From the IMG/VR virus record IMGVR_UViG_3300042891_002054: a DNA stretch of 64,000 bases; one strand, 5' to 3'. Position numbers and translations under genes: made by a program. The stretch is from a virus (Duplodnaviria; Heunggongvirae; Uroviricota; Caudoviricetes). Under the pieces are notes generated by a model that was given only the letters and a program-made list of their open reading frames with translations, made no database searches and was not told where the DNA came from. This document shows positions 25,247 through 37,200 of the stretch, piece after piece. Position 1 is the first letter of the stretch. Every line of letters starts with the position of its first letter.

Positions 25247-26591
25247 TGGCGTTTTACATGCTCAAGATGTCGGGTTACGCTCTTGTAAAATAGTTGGAGC
25301 AGGTGGGCAACCGATTGAATTTAAAAATATTATTGTTGAATTTAATTATTTTGAAGATATATTTAATAATGGAATTAGCGGTGCATTAATTGTTAATGAT
25401 TCTATGAATTATATTCAAATATTGCAATTACAAGGTCAAGAAATTTTAATATTATCATTAGATAAACCTGGTCTTGATAATCCTATTGAAAAAAACTTTA
25501 GGATTTATAAAATCAGCAATAGAACTCAAACAAAAAATACAAACGAAAATTATATTATTCATTTTTGTTCTGAAGAATTTATGTTAAATGAACAATATAA
25601 ATTATCAAAATCTTATACAAATATTAAAATTTCTGATATAGTAAAAGATATTGCGTTTAATTCGCTAAAAATTGAACAAAAAGATTTTACAAATATCGAC
25701 GAAACTTCTGGATTAAGATCTCTTGTTGTTCCTAATTTTAAACCAATACAAGCTATTAATTGGTTGTGTACTTTTGCACTAGCTAATGATAATAAAAATG
25801 TTGGATCACCTTATTTGTTTTATGAAAATAGAGATGGGTTTAATTTTAAATCAATTTTAAATTTATTTAAACAACCAATATTTAAAAAATATCAATACGA
25901 CGAGAAAAATTTAAAATCTAAGCAAAATGAAATGGTGTCTGATATTAATAAAGAATTTGTTAATGTGATTTCGTTTGAATTGGTTAATTCGTTTGATTCT
26001 ATATCGGCAGTTAGAACTGGTGCGTTGTCAAATAAAACTCATACTGTAGACCCACTTAGATTAAAATTTGGTGAATCTAATTTTGATTACAAAGAATATA
26101 AAAAAAATTCTGCATCATTAGATGCATCTGGGGTTCCATATTCAGCAACGAATAGATTCGGAGATAAAATAGATGAAACTCCAGGAGTAATTAAATTTTG
26201 CGTGACTTCTACTGGTCAAAGTGAAAATTTATATTTTAAAAATAAAGAAATAACTGTTAATGAGAATAGAGTAGAAGAAACCGTTTCACACAGAACAGCG
26301 CAATTAGCATTATTATTTACAAATAGATTAAAAATTTTAGTTCCTGGTGATGTTGAATTAAGTGTCGGAAAAGTAATACAGTTTGATTTGCCTGAGATTG
26401 TTTCAAATTCTACAACAGGTCAAAAACAAACTGATAAATTTTATTCTGGTAAATATCTTGTTACAGCAGTAAGACATTTAATAAATCAAGAAAATCATTT
26501 TTTTACATGTTTAGAAATTTGTAAAGAATCGTTTCCTAATGATTTTGGCTCATATGATAATAATAATCCTGCGTGGAAAGGTGTAAGATGA
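25239..26591 (+). CDS. baseplate hub protein (gp27-like)
   Basis: FNYFEDIFN..ISG, YIIHFCSEE, YLFYENRDGFNFKSI, VPGD...VG.VI, YSGKYLVTAVRH; lies between 53 and 5. Confidence 0.7.
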   Translation: MSDGVLHAQDVGLRSCKIVGAGGQPIEFKNIIVEFNYFEDIFNNGISGALIVNDSMNYIQILQLQGQEILILSLDKPGLDNPIEKNFRIYKISNRTQTKNTNENYIIHFCSEEFMLNEQYKLSKSYTNIKISDIVKDIAFNSLKIEQKDFTNIDETSGLRSLVVPNFKPIQAINWLCTFALANDNKNVGSPYLFYENRDGFNFKSILNLFKQPIFKKYQYDEKNLKSKQNEMVSDINKEFVNVISFELVNSFDSISAVRTGALSNKTHTVDPLRLKFGESNFDYKEYKKNSASLDASGVPYSATNRFGDKIDETPGVIKFCVTSTGQSENLYFKNKEITVNENRVEETVSHRTAQLALLFTNRLKILVPGDVELSVGKVIQFDLPEIVSNSTTGQKQTDKFYSGKYLVTAVRHLINQENHFFTCLEICKESFPNDFGSYDNNNPAWKGVR

Positions 26592-27610
26592 CAACTGAAT
26601 TTAATAATTCAAGAAGATCTAATTTTTTGGGTCATGATGGATTTGTTTGGTGGCTAGGTACTATTGAAAGTAGAATGGATCCATTGAATGTTGGTCGATG
26701 TCAAGTCAGAATAAAAGGTTTACACGATAACACTAAAACAAAAGTTTCAACTGAATCCTTACCATGGGCTCAACCGTTATATCCAACTAATAATTCATAT
26801 TCAACTCCATCAACATTAAGAGAAGGTGATATGGTTATGGGATTTTTTATGGATGGAGATGGCGCACAATTTCCTATTATAATGGGGGCTTTTCATGGTA
26901 TACCGGAAGATACACCAGACAGAGAAACTGGGTTTAATGATCCACGAACAGATGCAGAATTACAATCAGCACCAAGAAAAGTTAAATCTATAACATATAA
27001 ATCTGATGGAACTGGAGTTGTAATTGAAGAAACACCGCAAGCTAATAATTTCCCGTTTAGATTAAACGAACCAACAACAAGCCGTCTATCAAGAAATGAA
27101 GGTATATCTGAAACAATAGTTAAAACTAAATTGGATTCTGTTGTTACTGTTCCTGACGGTACAAATAATAATTGGGTTGAACCAAAAACACCATATAATT
27201 CAAAATATCCATATAATCAGGTAATTAGTACTGAATCTGGTCATTATTTTGAATTGGATGATACTCCTGGATCAGAAAGAACTCATTTGTACCATAGATC
27301 TGGAACATTTTCTGAAATACACCCAACAGGTACTCAAGTAGATAAAGTTGTTAAAGATAAATATACTATTGTAATGAAAGATGATAATGTTTATATTATG
27401 GGTAAATGTAATATAACAGTTCAAGGAGACGCAAAAGTTTATGTTAAACAAAATTGTACATTAACTGTTGATGGAGATTATATTGCTAATATTAAAGGGG
27501 ATTATAAACTTACTGTAGGTAAAAGTATGTCAACAACAGTAACAAATACTCTCAATCAGATAAGTTCTGGTGCTACTACAATTAAAGGTTCAACTATAAA
27601 TTTAAACTAA
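26588..27610 (+). CDS. 5: baseplate spike gp5 (no lysozyme domain)
   Basis: GFVWWLG..E.RMDPL..GR.QVRI.G, LPWA, V.GFFMDG..AQ.P.I.G, YPYNQV..TESGH..E.DDTPG.ER...HRSG, beta-helix ending STINLN. Confidence 0.92.
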   Translation: MTTEFNNSRRSNFLGHDGFVWWLGTIESRMDPLNVGRCQVRIKGLHDNTKTKVSTESLPWAQPLYPTNNSYSTPSTLREGDMVMGFFMDGDGAQFPIIMGAFHGIPEDTPDRETGFNDPRTDAELQSAPRKVKSITYKSDGTGVVIEETPQANNFPFRLNEPTTSRLSRNEGISETIVKTKLDSVVTVPDGTNNNWVEPKTPYNSKYPYNQVISTESGHYFELDDTPGSERTHLYHRSGTFSEIHPTGTQVDKVVKDKYTIVMKDDNVYIMGKCNITVQGDAKVYVKQNCTLTVDGDYIANIKGDYKLTVGKSMSTTVTNTLNQISSGATTIKGSTINLN

Positions 27611-27611
27611 T

Positions 27612-28010
27612 ATGAGCACAATAAAAAATTACAGCGGTTATTCGGATTTAGATTTAACATTTAATCCGCATCCAGCAAAACAAGATTTAATGATAACAAC
27701 AGGAGAATTTGCTGTTGTCAGAGCTCTAAAAAATCTTTTATTAACAAATCATAATGAAAAACCATTTAATCCTGATTATGGATCAAATATTAGAAGATTA
27801 TTGTTTGAACCGTTGTCTCCTATGACAGCATCTGCTTTAACCAAAGAAGTAGAATTTGTCATAAAAAATTATGAACCGCGTGTTTCTTTGGAAAAAGTTA
27901 ATGTAATAGGATTACCAGATTACAATTCATATCAAGTTACTATTACATTTTATATAGAAAATTTAGTACAACCATTTACAGCAGATTTTATTTTATCTAG
28001 ATTAAGATAA
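27612..28010 (+). CDS. 25: baseplate wedge gp25
   Basis: YSDLDLTF, AV.RALKNL..TN..EKPF.P..GS.I..LLFE, NYEPRV. Confidence 0.93.
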   Translation: MSTIKNYSGYSDLDLTFNPHPAKQDLMITTGEFAVVRALKNLLLTNHNEKPFNPDYGSNIRRLLFEPLSPMTASALTKEVEFVIKNYEPRVSLEKVNVIGLPDYNSYQVTITFYIENLVQPFTADFILSRLR

Positions 28011-28045
28011 ATAATAACTAATAAGAAAAAGAATTAGGGGAAAAC

Positions 28046-30088
28046 ATGGCCACAGCCAACTCATCACTAAATATAGCAGAATTAGATTTTGATCAAATCA
28101 AATATAATTTTAAACAATATTTAAAAGGTCAAGACAAATTCAACGATTATGATTTTGAAGGGTCTGTTATTTCTCAAGTATTAGATATTTTAGCGTATAA
28201 TACACATTATAATGCTTATTATTTAAATATGGTTGCCAATGAAATGTTTTTAGATACTTCTGTAAAACGAGGTTCTGTAATTTCTCATGCAAAATTATTA
28301 AATTATACCCCTTCTTCTCCCAGAGCAGCTACTGCTGTTATCAATGTAAAATTTAATGGGACCACTTCTCCGAATTTTACAATCCCAAAATATACTAAAT
28401 TTTACTCTCATGCTATTGACAACGTTAATTATCCATTTGTTACATTAGAAGAAGTAACTGTTACAACTGTTAATAATTCTGCTCAATTTAATGGCGTAAA
28501 AATATATCAAGGCCAACCTGTAAGATACACCTATCAGGTAAATACCATACAAAACCCTTCATTAACATTTACATTACCTGATTCTGACGTTGATACAACA
28601 ACTTTATCTGTTTTAGTGTATGATAGTAGTCAATCAACAACATTTAATAAATTTGAATTATCTACATCTCATTTATTGTTAGATAACACCACACAAGTTT
28701 ACTTTTTACAAGAATCATTAGATGGAAAATATCAAATTTATTTCGGTGATGGTATTCTTGGAAAAACATTAACTACAGGTAATGTTATCACAGTTGAATA
28801 TCTAACTACAAAAGGTAGCGCACCTAATGGTGCTTATAAATTTACTTTGATGGATAAAATCGGAACATATTCCGGCACGATTATTGAAGCTACTCAAGTT
28901 GCTACAGGTGGATTAGAAAAAGAATCTATATCCTCCATCAAATATGCTGCACCTAAAGCATACGCTTCTCAGAATAGGGCTGTAACAAAAAGCGACTATT
29001 TAGAATTATTAAAAAGAGATAACCAAATTGTACCTATTCAAGCAGTAAATGTTTGGGGAGGGGAAGAAATGGATCACCCCCAATATGGGAAAATGTTTAT
29101 ATGCATAAAACCTGTTGGTGGTTATAGTATAACAGCTTCCCAAAAATATAGGTTAATTAACGAATATATTAAACCTTTCGGGGTTATTACTGTCACACCA
29201 GAAATAGTAGATATTGATTATACATTTATTAAAATCGCGTCAAATATTTTGTTCAATAAAAATCAATCAATATTTGATTCAGTAGCATTAAAAAATTTAT
29301 TAAAACTTTCTATTTTAAGTTTTTGCGAAAAAACTTTAAATACATTTGATTCTTCGTTTATCTTACCTGATTTGATTACCACAATTAAGAATACAGATAA
29401 ATCAATTATAACATCAGAATCAACTATCTCATTACAAAAAAGATTTTTACCAATATTTAATACAACAAATTCATTTACATTAGATTTTAGTACTGCAATT
29501 AAAAAAGGTTCATTGACTAGCGGATTTTTTGATATTGTTGATCTAGTATCTAATAATATTATTAAAAATGTATTAATTGAAGAATCACCAACAACTTATA
29601 ATGTAATTGAATCGATTGAAATTGTGACAGAGGGTTCTGGTTTCACCTCAGTTCCAACAATAACAATTTATGGGGATGGAACTGGAGCAACAGCTATTGC
29701 TGAGGTAACAAACGGAAAATTAACAAATATCAAAGTAATTAACCCAGGCAAAAATTACACCCAAGCAGTTGTTGCTGTTTCTGGGGGCGGAGGTTCAGGG
29801 GCATTGCTTGTTCCGCAATTTAGTGGGAATGTTGTCACGCTAAGAAGTTTTTATTATAATAATGGTATTAAAATTATTTCACAAGAAAATATTGGCGAAA
29901 TAAATTACGCAACAGGTATAGTTAAAATAAATAACTTTACCCCATACCAAATAAATAATTTATTAGGGTATATGTCAATTACAATTATTCCCGAATCAAC
30001 TATATTTTATTCAACCAAGGATAAAATCATAACGCTGGATATGATGGATGATTCAGCAATCGTATTAAATGTACAAGCGAAAACCTAA
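28046..30088 (+). CDS. 6: baseplate wedge gp6
   Basis: ELDFDQIK, DYDFEGS, LAYNTHY, NEMFLD, YFGDGILGK, QNRAVT..DY, VWGGEE. Confidence 0.95.
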   Translation: MATANSSLNIAELDFDQIKYNFKQYLKGQDKFNDYDFEGSVISQVLDILAYNTHYNAYYLNMVANEMFLDTSVKRGSVISHAKLLNYTPSSPRAATAVINVKFNGTTSPNFTIPKYTKFYSHAIDNVNYPFVTLEEVTVTTVNNSAQFNGVKIYQGQPVRYTYQVNTIQNPSLTFTLPDSDVDTTTLSVLVYDSSQSTTFNKFELSTSHLLLDNTTQVYFLQESLDGKYQIYFGDGILGKTLTTGNVITVEYLTTKGSAPNGAYKFTLMDKIGTYSGTIIEATQVATGGLEKESISSIKYAAPKAYASQNRAVTKSDYLELLKRDNQIVPIQAVNVWGGEEMDHPQYGKMFICIKPVGGYSITASQKYRLINEYIKPFGVITVTPEIVDIDYTFIKIASNILFNKNQSIFDSVALKNLLKLSILSFCEKTLNTFDSSFILPDLITTIKNTDKSIITSESTISLQKRFLPIFNTTNSFTLDFSTAIKKGSLTSGFFDIVDLVSNNIIKNVLIEESPTTYNVIESIEIVTEGSGFTSVPTITIYGDGTGATAIAEVTNGKLTNIKVINPGKNYTQAVVAVSGGGGSGALLVPQFSGNVVTLRSFYYNNGIKIISQENIGEINYATGIVKINNFTPYQINNLLGYMSITIIPESTIFYSTKDKIITLDMMDDSAIVLNVQAKT

Positions 30089-32806
30089 ATGTCAAATCGT
30101 TACTCTACAATACTTGAATCAAAAATACCATCTTATATAAAAGATGACCCATCATACTCAAGATTCTTAGAATTTTTTACAGCATATTATGAGTGGTTTG
30201 ATGATACATATGATATTATGGGCTTTGGGGATAAACTTGATATTGATTATGGATTTGCGGATTTTATTGATTATTTTAAACAAGATTTTTTACCATATTT
30301 CCCTGATGAAATTGCAACAGATAAAGTAAAATTAATAAAACTTGCCAAAGAATTATATAAAGCAAAAGGTATTCCTGATTCATTTAAATTTCTTTTTAGA
30401 GCTTTATATGATATTAATATTGATATCTTTACCACACGAGAATATGTTTTACGGGCAAGCGATGGTAAATGGATAGTTCCAAAATCTATAAAAATCAAAT
30501 CTTTTGATTTAAATTTTTTAAAAATTAATAATTTTAGAGTTTTAGGGGAACTATCAAAAACTATTGGTATTGTTGAAAAAAGTAAAATCAATGGAAATTA
30601 TATTCAAATTTATTTAAGCGATATAGAAAGAGTATATTTTTCCGGAGAACAAATAAGAATTATCGATAATAAAAACAAAGATGTATATTTTTTAAACGGA
30701 AATTATGTCGACTACGATACGAATGTTGGTCCTCCTGAAGGAGCAGTTTTACTAACATCAAAAATAATAGGTTCTCTTTCAAATATTACTATAGATAGTA
30801 AAAAAAGAGGGCAAAAATATAAAGTTGGAGACCCAGTTATTATTACTGGTGGGTTCAATGAAATTATCGACAATCCTATTGGAGCTATTGCTGAAATTTC
30901 AGAAGTAACATCAGGCCAAATAAGAAATGTCATAATCGTTGATGGTGGGTATGGGTATCAAAAAGGAGCAAATTCCAAAGTTGATGTTATTTACGGCGGA
31001 AACGTAGATACTGTTGCAAATTGTACAGTAAGTTTGCTTGACGAATTAAACTCAAGTATTATTTCATTTATTGCTTCTGATTATATCGGAAATAATATAT
31101 CAACAATTATCGGGAATAATAATTTAAATTTCACCAATTCTGCCAATGCCAACACAACATTATTAAACGCATTAACATATACAACGTTAGTAACATATCC
31201 AATTGTTAGCATTTTAGTAAATAATGGAGGCGGAGGATATGATACGCCCCCAACTTTAGATATCCAATCTCTTCTAACAGTCAATAATGCCCAACAAAAT
31301 TTAACTGAATTTGGTATTTTAGCACCTATTCAAATAATTAATGCAGGGGAAAATTATTCTGCCAATGATATGTTAACAATTAACGGAGGAGACGGAGATT
31401 TTGCTTTTGCAAGAATTTCTTCAATCGGCTCAGGTGGCGCAATAACAGGAGTTGAATATTATCAAAATACAAATACTCCATATGCTCTTGGTGGAATGGG
31501 ATATAAGAATTCTAATTTACCTATTGTAAATATTACTTCAGCAACAGGATCAAATGCCTCATTGATCATTCCGAGTATTATGGGAACTGGAGCGGAATAT
31601 ACATTAGAAACAGATAGAATCGGAGCAATAACAAAAATTTCTCTTATAGGTAATGGTGAAGATTATATTTCAACCCCCAATGTTTCTTTGAGAATTCAAG
31701 ATATTGTTGTCAGCGATATTAGCGAGTTAAATTTTACTGATGGGATTATTTTTCAAGGTGAATTTGAAACTCCTACGTTTTTTGCTTATATTGATTCAAT
31801 AACAAATATTGATAAAAAAAGCCTAGATACACCAACAGATGATATTTTTGCAGTTAGGGTTTATGATTATATTGGCGCTGTATCATATTTATCAGAACTG
31901 AAATTATACGATAAACAAAAAAATATCACTGCGTTAACTTTCGAATCATCTTACACGAATTCAACATTTAAAAATGGCATTAAGATTTATGGAGATGGTT
32001 CCGCAAAAGCGACAGCAAAATTTTATGATGGGTTAATATTTGACGAAGGAAGATATATCAATTCTGACGGACAATTATCTGGGCACTCAGTTTTACAAAA
32101 TGATATTTATAATTCGACAACATACATTATTTCTGCAGAAAAAAATTATGATTCATATAAAGACGTAATAACCAACTTAGTACACCCAACTGGAACAAGA
32201 CTTGTTCCAAAAAATTTATTAAAATCAAATTCACAACTCTCAATAAATACGAGTTCGTTAATTTATCAATCAAATAATTCTTCTGGGATTGAGTTAACTC
32301 TACGAAATTCAAATACAATTTATTCAAATACATTTTATTTATCTGTTGAATCTGGCTGGGGAGACGAATCTTGGGGAGACGAATCTTGGGGAACTGCTGC
32401 ATCAAGTAATGTTGCAACTAACACAAAAATTGCTATTATCACAACAAATAATATGAATGTGTATTCAACTATAACAGCAGTAGACTTATTAAACGATATT
32501 ATTACTATTGAAAATAATATCCAATATATTTTCCCTAATGTTTTTAGAGGATATTCTAACTCGAATACAGTTATTGTTGTACAAGAAAATTACCCAGAAG
32601 ATAAATATTCGATAAATACATTTATATCAATAAATGATACTATTTCAATAGGAAATACTACAGATAAAATTATTAACATATCAAATAATATTCTATATTT
32701 ATCAAATACTCAACAATATCAATTTGGAAATTTTGACAATTTATTTAACATTTCAATTGAAAAGCAATTGATATCAAATAATATTATACTCTATAACGTT
32801 TTATAA
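30089..32806 (+). CDS. 7: baseplate wedge gp7-like protein
   Basis: F.EFFTAYYEW, KELYKAKG...SFKFLFRALY, RASDGKW, QN.IY...YI, V..LVHPTG; lies between 6 and 8. Confidence 0.7.
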   Translation: MSNRYSTILESKIPSYIKDDPSYSRFLEFFTAYYEWFDDTYDIMGFGDKLDIDYGFADFIDYFKQDFLPYFPDEIATDKVKLIKLAKELYKAKGIPDSFKFLFRALYDINIDIFTTREYVLRASDGKWIVPKSIKIKSFDLNFLKINNFRVLGELSKTIGIVEKSKINGNYIQIYLSDIERVYFSGEQIRIIDNKNKDVYFLNGNYVDYDTNVGPPEGAVLLTSKIIGSLSNITIDSKKRGQKYKVGDPVIITGGFNEIIDNPIGAIAEISEVTSGQIRNVIIVDGGYGYQKGANSKVDVIYGGNVDTVANCTVSLLDELNSSIISFIASDYIGNNISTIIGNNNLNFTNSANANTTLLNALTYTTLVTYPIVSILVNNGGGGYDTPPTLDIQSLLTVNNAQQNLTEFGILAPIQIINAGENYSANDMLTINGGDGDFAFARISSIGSGGAITGVEYYQNTNTPYALGGMGYKNSNLPIVNITSATGSNASLIIPSIMGTGAEYTLETDRIGAITKISLIGNGEDYISTPNVSLRIQDIVVSDISELNFTDGIIFQGEFETPTFFAYIDSITNIDKKSLDTPTDDIFAVRVYDYIGAVSYLSELKLYDKQKNITALTFESSYTNSTFKNGIKIYGDGSAKATAKFYDGLIFDEGRYINSDGQLSGHSVLQNDIYNSTTYIISAEKNYDSYKDVITNLVHPTGTRLVPKNLLKSNSQLSINTSSLIYQSNNSSGIELTLRNSNTIYSNTFYLSVESGWGDESWGDESWGTAASSNVATNTKIAIITTNNMNVYSTITAVDLLNDIITIENNIQYIFPNVFRGYSNSNTVIVVQENYPEDKYSINTFISINDTISIGNTTDKIINISNNILYLSNTQQYQFGNFDNLFNISIEKQLISNNIILYNVL

Positions 32807-32819
32807 CAATGGTAAACTA

Positions 32820-34220
32820 ATGATTAAAGGTTTAATACCAGTTTCTGGATTTTCTCAAGAAGTTCTAAAAACATACTATACCCCAAATTTAATTTTTAAA
32901 AATAGTGGAGAAGAATATTTAAATTTATATTGTTTTATCTCAAAAATAGAACCTTGGGATGACGAGAATGTGCCCCCTCTTACGCTTGATAATAATTTTT
33001 ATATGAAAACAACATATAAAAATTTAGTCGCAATTAAAAAAATTAATAGTAATGATATTGGGGCAGTGATAGAAAGAATAGATTGGAAAGGTGGAATAAC
33101 ATATTCACAATATTCATCCAATAAAAACCTATTCCAACTTGATGATAGCGGGCATTTGCTGAATAAATTTTATGTAAAAAATTCTTATGATCAAGTTTTT
33201 AAATGTTTAAGTAATAATGCAACTACAACAAATCCAAATGGAACACCATCAACTATTGAACCTGTTATTGATTTCTCAACAAATATTGGAAATACATTGA
33301 TTGAACCAGGAGATGGGTATAAGTGGAAATTTGTATATACAATTGATTCCGGAGCAAAATTAAAATTTTTTGATGAAAATTGGATCCCTTTACCAATATT
33401 AACAAATAGAAAAACTATAGGAGATAATATATATGGCGCTGGTGAAATTTCAACTATAAATGTTTATAATTCAGGCTCAAATTATGTGGACGATAATGCA
33501 ACAAACACAACAACAACTGTAACTATTGTTGGTGATGGGACTGGTGCATCAGCAAAAGCGATTATAAGTGGAAATGTTGTTTCTGAAATTTTAATGGCGA
33601 ATACAGGTTCAAATTATACATATGCAACTGCGATAATTTCACCAACAGCAGGAAATTCCGGAAATGGATCAATTTTAATTGCAGAACCTTCTCCAATTGG
33701 AGGACACGGATTTGATTTGCTACAAGAACTTGGCTGCAGAACAGTAATGATTACTGCTGAATTTAATGGAACCGAATCCGGAACATTGCCAGACAATATT
33801 GATTATAGGCAAATTGGGTTATTAGCAAATCCAGAAATTATTGTTGGGACAACAGCACAATTTGCAAATTCATCAATATACAGATCAACTCAAGACATAA
33901 CAGTTTCCGCTGGTGTTGGAATTTTTGTCCAAGATGAAATTGTATATCAAGGCAAATCATTAGAAGAATCTTCGTTTTCCGGAAGAGTTTTAAACTTTGA
34001 TTCAATAAATAATATTTTATACCTTATAAATACTCAAGGAAATATAAAATTAAATGATGTTTTAAATGGGTCGGATTCAAATGCGCTAAGAATCGTATTA
34101 CAAGAAACAGTAGAGCAAATTGTGCCATTTTCAGGAAACATAATTTATATTGAGAATAGAACAAAAGTTCAAAGAACTTCAACTGGCTTAGAACAGTTTA
34201 GATTAACGCTTACTTACTAA
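32820..34220 (+). CDS. 8: baseplate wedge gp8
   Basis: IERIDW..G..Y, FYVKNSYDQVFKCLSN, DGYKWKFVYTI, P.GGHG.D...ELG, YRQIGL..NP, SG..IYIENR. Confidence 0.85.
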   Translation: MIKGLIPVSGFSQEVLKTYYTPNLIFKNSGEEYLNLYCFISKIEPWDDENVPPLTLDNNFYMKTTYKNLVAIKKINSNDIGAVIERIDWKGGITYSQYSSNKNLFQLDDSGHLLNKFYVKNSYDQVFKCLSNNATTTNPNGTPSTIEPVIDFSTNIGNTLIEPGDGYKWKFVYTIDSGAKLKFFDENWIPLPILTNRKTIGDNIYGAGEISTINVYNSGSNYVDDNATNTTTTVTIVGDGTGASAKAIISGNVVSEILMANTGSNYTYATAIISPTAGNSGNGSILIAEPSPIGGHGFDLLQELGCRTVMITAEFNGTESGTLPDNIDYRQIGLLANPEIIVGTTAQFANSSIYRSTQDITVSAGVGIFVQDEIVYQGKSLEESSFSGRVLNFDSINNILYLINTQGNIKLNDVLNGSDSNALRIVLQETVEQIVPFSGNIIYIENRTKVQRTSTGLEQFRLTLTY

Positions 34221-34233
34221 GGTTTAAGGAAAA

Positions 34234-37200
34234 ATGAGTTTAAATTTTAATACACAACCATACCATGACGATTTTGAAGAAGATAAAAATTTTCATAAAA
34301 TTTTATTTAAACCTGGCGTAGCAGTCCAGGCTAGAGAATTAACTCAATCCCAAACGATTTTACAAGACCAAATTGGTAAGTTAGGTAAATTTGTTTTATC
34401 TGATGGATCAAAAGTAAATGGTGGGCGATATTTCGTCGATACAAACGCTTTAAGTTTAAAGTTAGTAAATTCAAACGATCTAGCAACAAATATCCAATAT
34501 TTTTCAGATTTATATATTGTTGGGACAACTTCTGGATGCCTTGGTATAATTACAGATATCGATGTAGTTAATTACTATTTAACAGTAAAACCAATTATTA
34601 ATATTAGTAAAAATTTTTCTTCTGGAGAAACATTAAATATTTTTTCATCAAAAGATTTAGCAATACAAAGTTTGTCAAACTCTTCTTTGCAAACCAACTA
34701 TACGGCAACTTTAGAAACAGATACAACAACAACAGTAAGTGGATGCAATGGTACACTGAATTCAACAGAATTCTATATGACAACCATTTCCGTTGAAGTT
34801 GGGGATGTGTTGTCAATACAATCTTCAAATAACCCATATGATAAATATGTTGTTACTGAAATTACCAGTAATGGTGTTTTTGTAAATAAACCTCTTGATG
34901 AGAGTTACAGTAATGTCACCATTACTGTAACAAAATTTGCATCAAGATATATTATGGAAATTGGGTTTGATTCTGGTGTGTATTTTACAAATAATAATTT
35001 TGTGAAAGCATTGCCGCAAACTACCATACCAAATTTAAAAACACAATACCCTTCTTGTGTTATTGGTTATGAAGTTGTTGAGACTATAGTTGATTTCGTC
35101 GATGATACTTCATTATTAGATCCAGCGCAAGGATCAAACAATTATACTGCCCCTGGAGCAGATAGATATAAAATTTATCTTAAATTAGTATCAAAACCAT
35201 TCGTTAGCGGTGAAATACAAAATTTGACAGATAATAAATTTATAGAATTATTGAGAATTAAAGACGGTAAAATTGTAAGCGATACAACTGGAGCTAAACT
35301 GGGTGCAATAGAAGATATTCTTGCCAGACAAATGTATGATCACGCAGGAAATTTTGTTGTAAAGGACTTTAACCTTTCATTCCACGATTCAGATTTTTCT
35401 GAATCAGCATCAACCATGCAAGCAGAAATATCTCCTGGAAAAGCATACGTTTTTGGTTATGAATTCACAAATAATTCTCCGCAATTTTTTCAAGTAAAAA
35501 AGGGCAGAGATGTTGCAACATCATTAAATAATGAAATGTCGATGTATTATGGTAATCGCATTTCAATTACTAATCCATTCGGGGAATTTTTAAACGCAGC
35601 TTCTTCTGCTAAAGTTGAGCTACATTCTACTGATACTGTTTCAGCAAATTCTTCAACATTAGTTGGATATGCATTTGTAAGAAACTTAAAACAAGTTTCA
35701 GATTCAGAATATTATTTAAATTTATATAATGTTTCTGCTTTAGACATTAGCGCAGTAAAATCCGTTGTGAAACCAACAGGGTTGGATTATAATACAAAAT
35801 TATTTTCGGCAAATACAGTATTAACGAATGGAGTTTTACCAGTTGTAGATTCAACTTATAATTCTTTGTTATATCAATTACCATATAATTACGTTTCCTC
35901 ATTATCAAATGTACAATTTTCAACTGATATTTTCGACACAGTAACTGTATCAGCGAATTCAGCCACCCTACATACAAATTCATTGAATAAAATATTTTCA
36001 GCTGGTACAGGAACACTATCAACTGAGTTGAAAAAGTCAACTTTTGTTATTGTTGCTCAAACAACAAACGGAGCATATTCTGCTGGAGAATACATTGACT
36101 TGTCCAATGTTTCAATTGTTGTACAACAAGGTATTTCAGAATACACTGCAACCATAACATTTACTAATGGATATAACGGACAAATCGGCATTAAATATGC
36201 AATAGACATTTTAAGCGCAACACCAAAAACAAAAACAGAACAATCCGGTGCTGTGTCAGCAGTTGATGCAAAAATTTCTCCAACAAGTTTAGGTATAGCA
36301 GATATTTCTAAATTTCTAGGGGTATTTTACACGCCATATTCAGATAACCAAACTATTTCTGTAACATATAATGGTTCTTGGTCTTCTTCAACTACATATT
36401 CAAAATATAACGTTGTTTTAGTTGGCGAAGAATTATTTGTTTCCAATGAAGATAATAATTTAAATATAAAACCAGATAATGTTAATCCTCAATGGAGTAA
36501 GTTAGAAAATGTTACACCAAAATATAATTTAAATAATGGTCAAACTGAAGCAATATATGATCACGGTTATATTTCTGCAAAAAGTTTCGAAAACGAAAAA
36601 CAAGTATTTGTATTATTTAATTATTATACTCATTCTTCTACTGGTGATTATATTAGTTACGCTTCATATCCAACTCAATATTCCCAAATACCAAAACATA
36701 ATATCAACGCTAAAACCTATGATATTAGGAATTATTTTGATTTTAGACCAAGAAGAACAAATAATGCCCCATCATATTCATTTGATACCTATCAAATCCC
36801 ATCAACTTTATTTGATGGTATCTTTTTTGATATGCAATATTACCTTGGTAGGATTGATAAATTAATTTTAACTGACGCAAAAAAATTTCAATGGTTAATT
36901 GGTGTCCCATCTTACACAAATTATGTTCAACCAGCTGATATGTCAAATGCAATGACAATTGCAACTGTTCAAATTAACCCGTACACAGCATCACCTTCCG
37001 AAATTTCCATCACATATAAAAAACATAAAAGATATACGATGGATGACATTGGTAATCTTGATACAAGATTATCAAACGTTGAATATTATACATCTTTAAA
37101 TATGGTCGAAAAAGATGTCATGTCAAGAAATATCTATGACACAACAACAGGAGAAAGAATGACAAATGGGTTTGTTGTTGACCCATTTATTGGTTACGGC

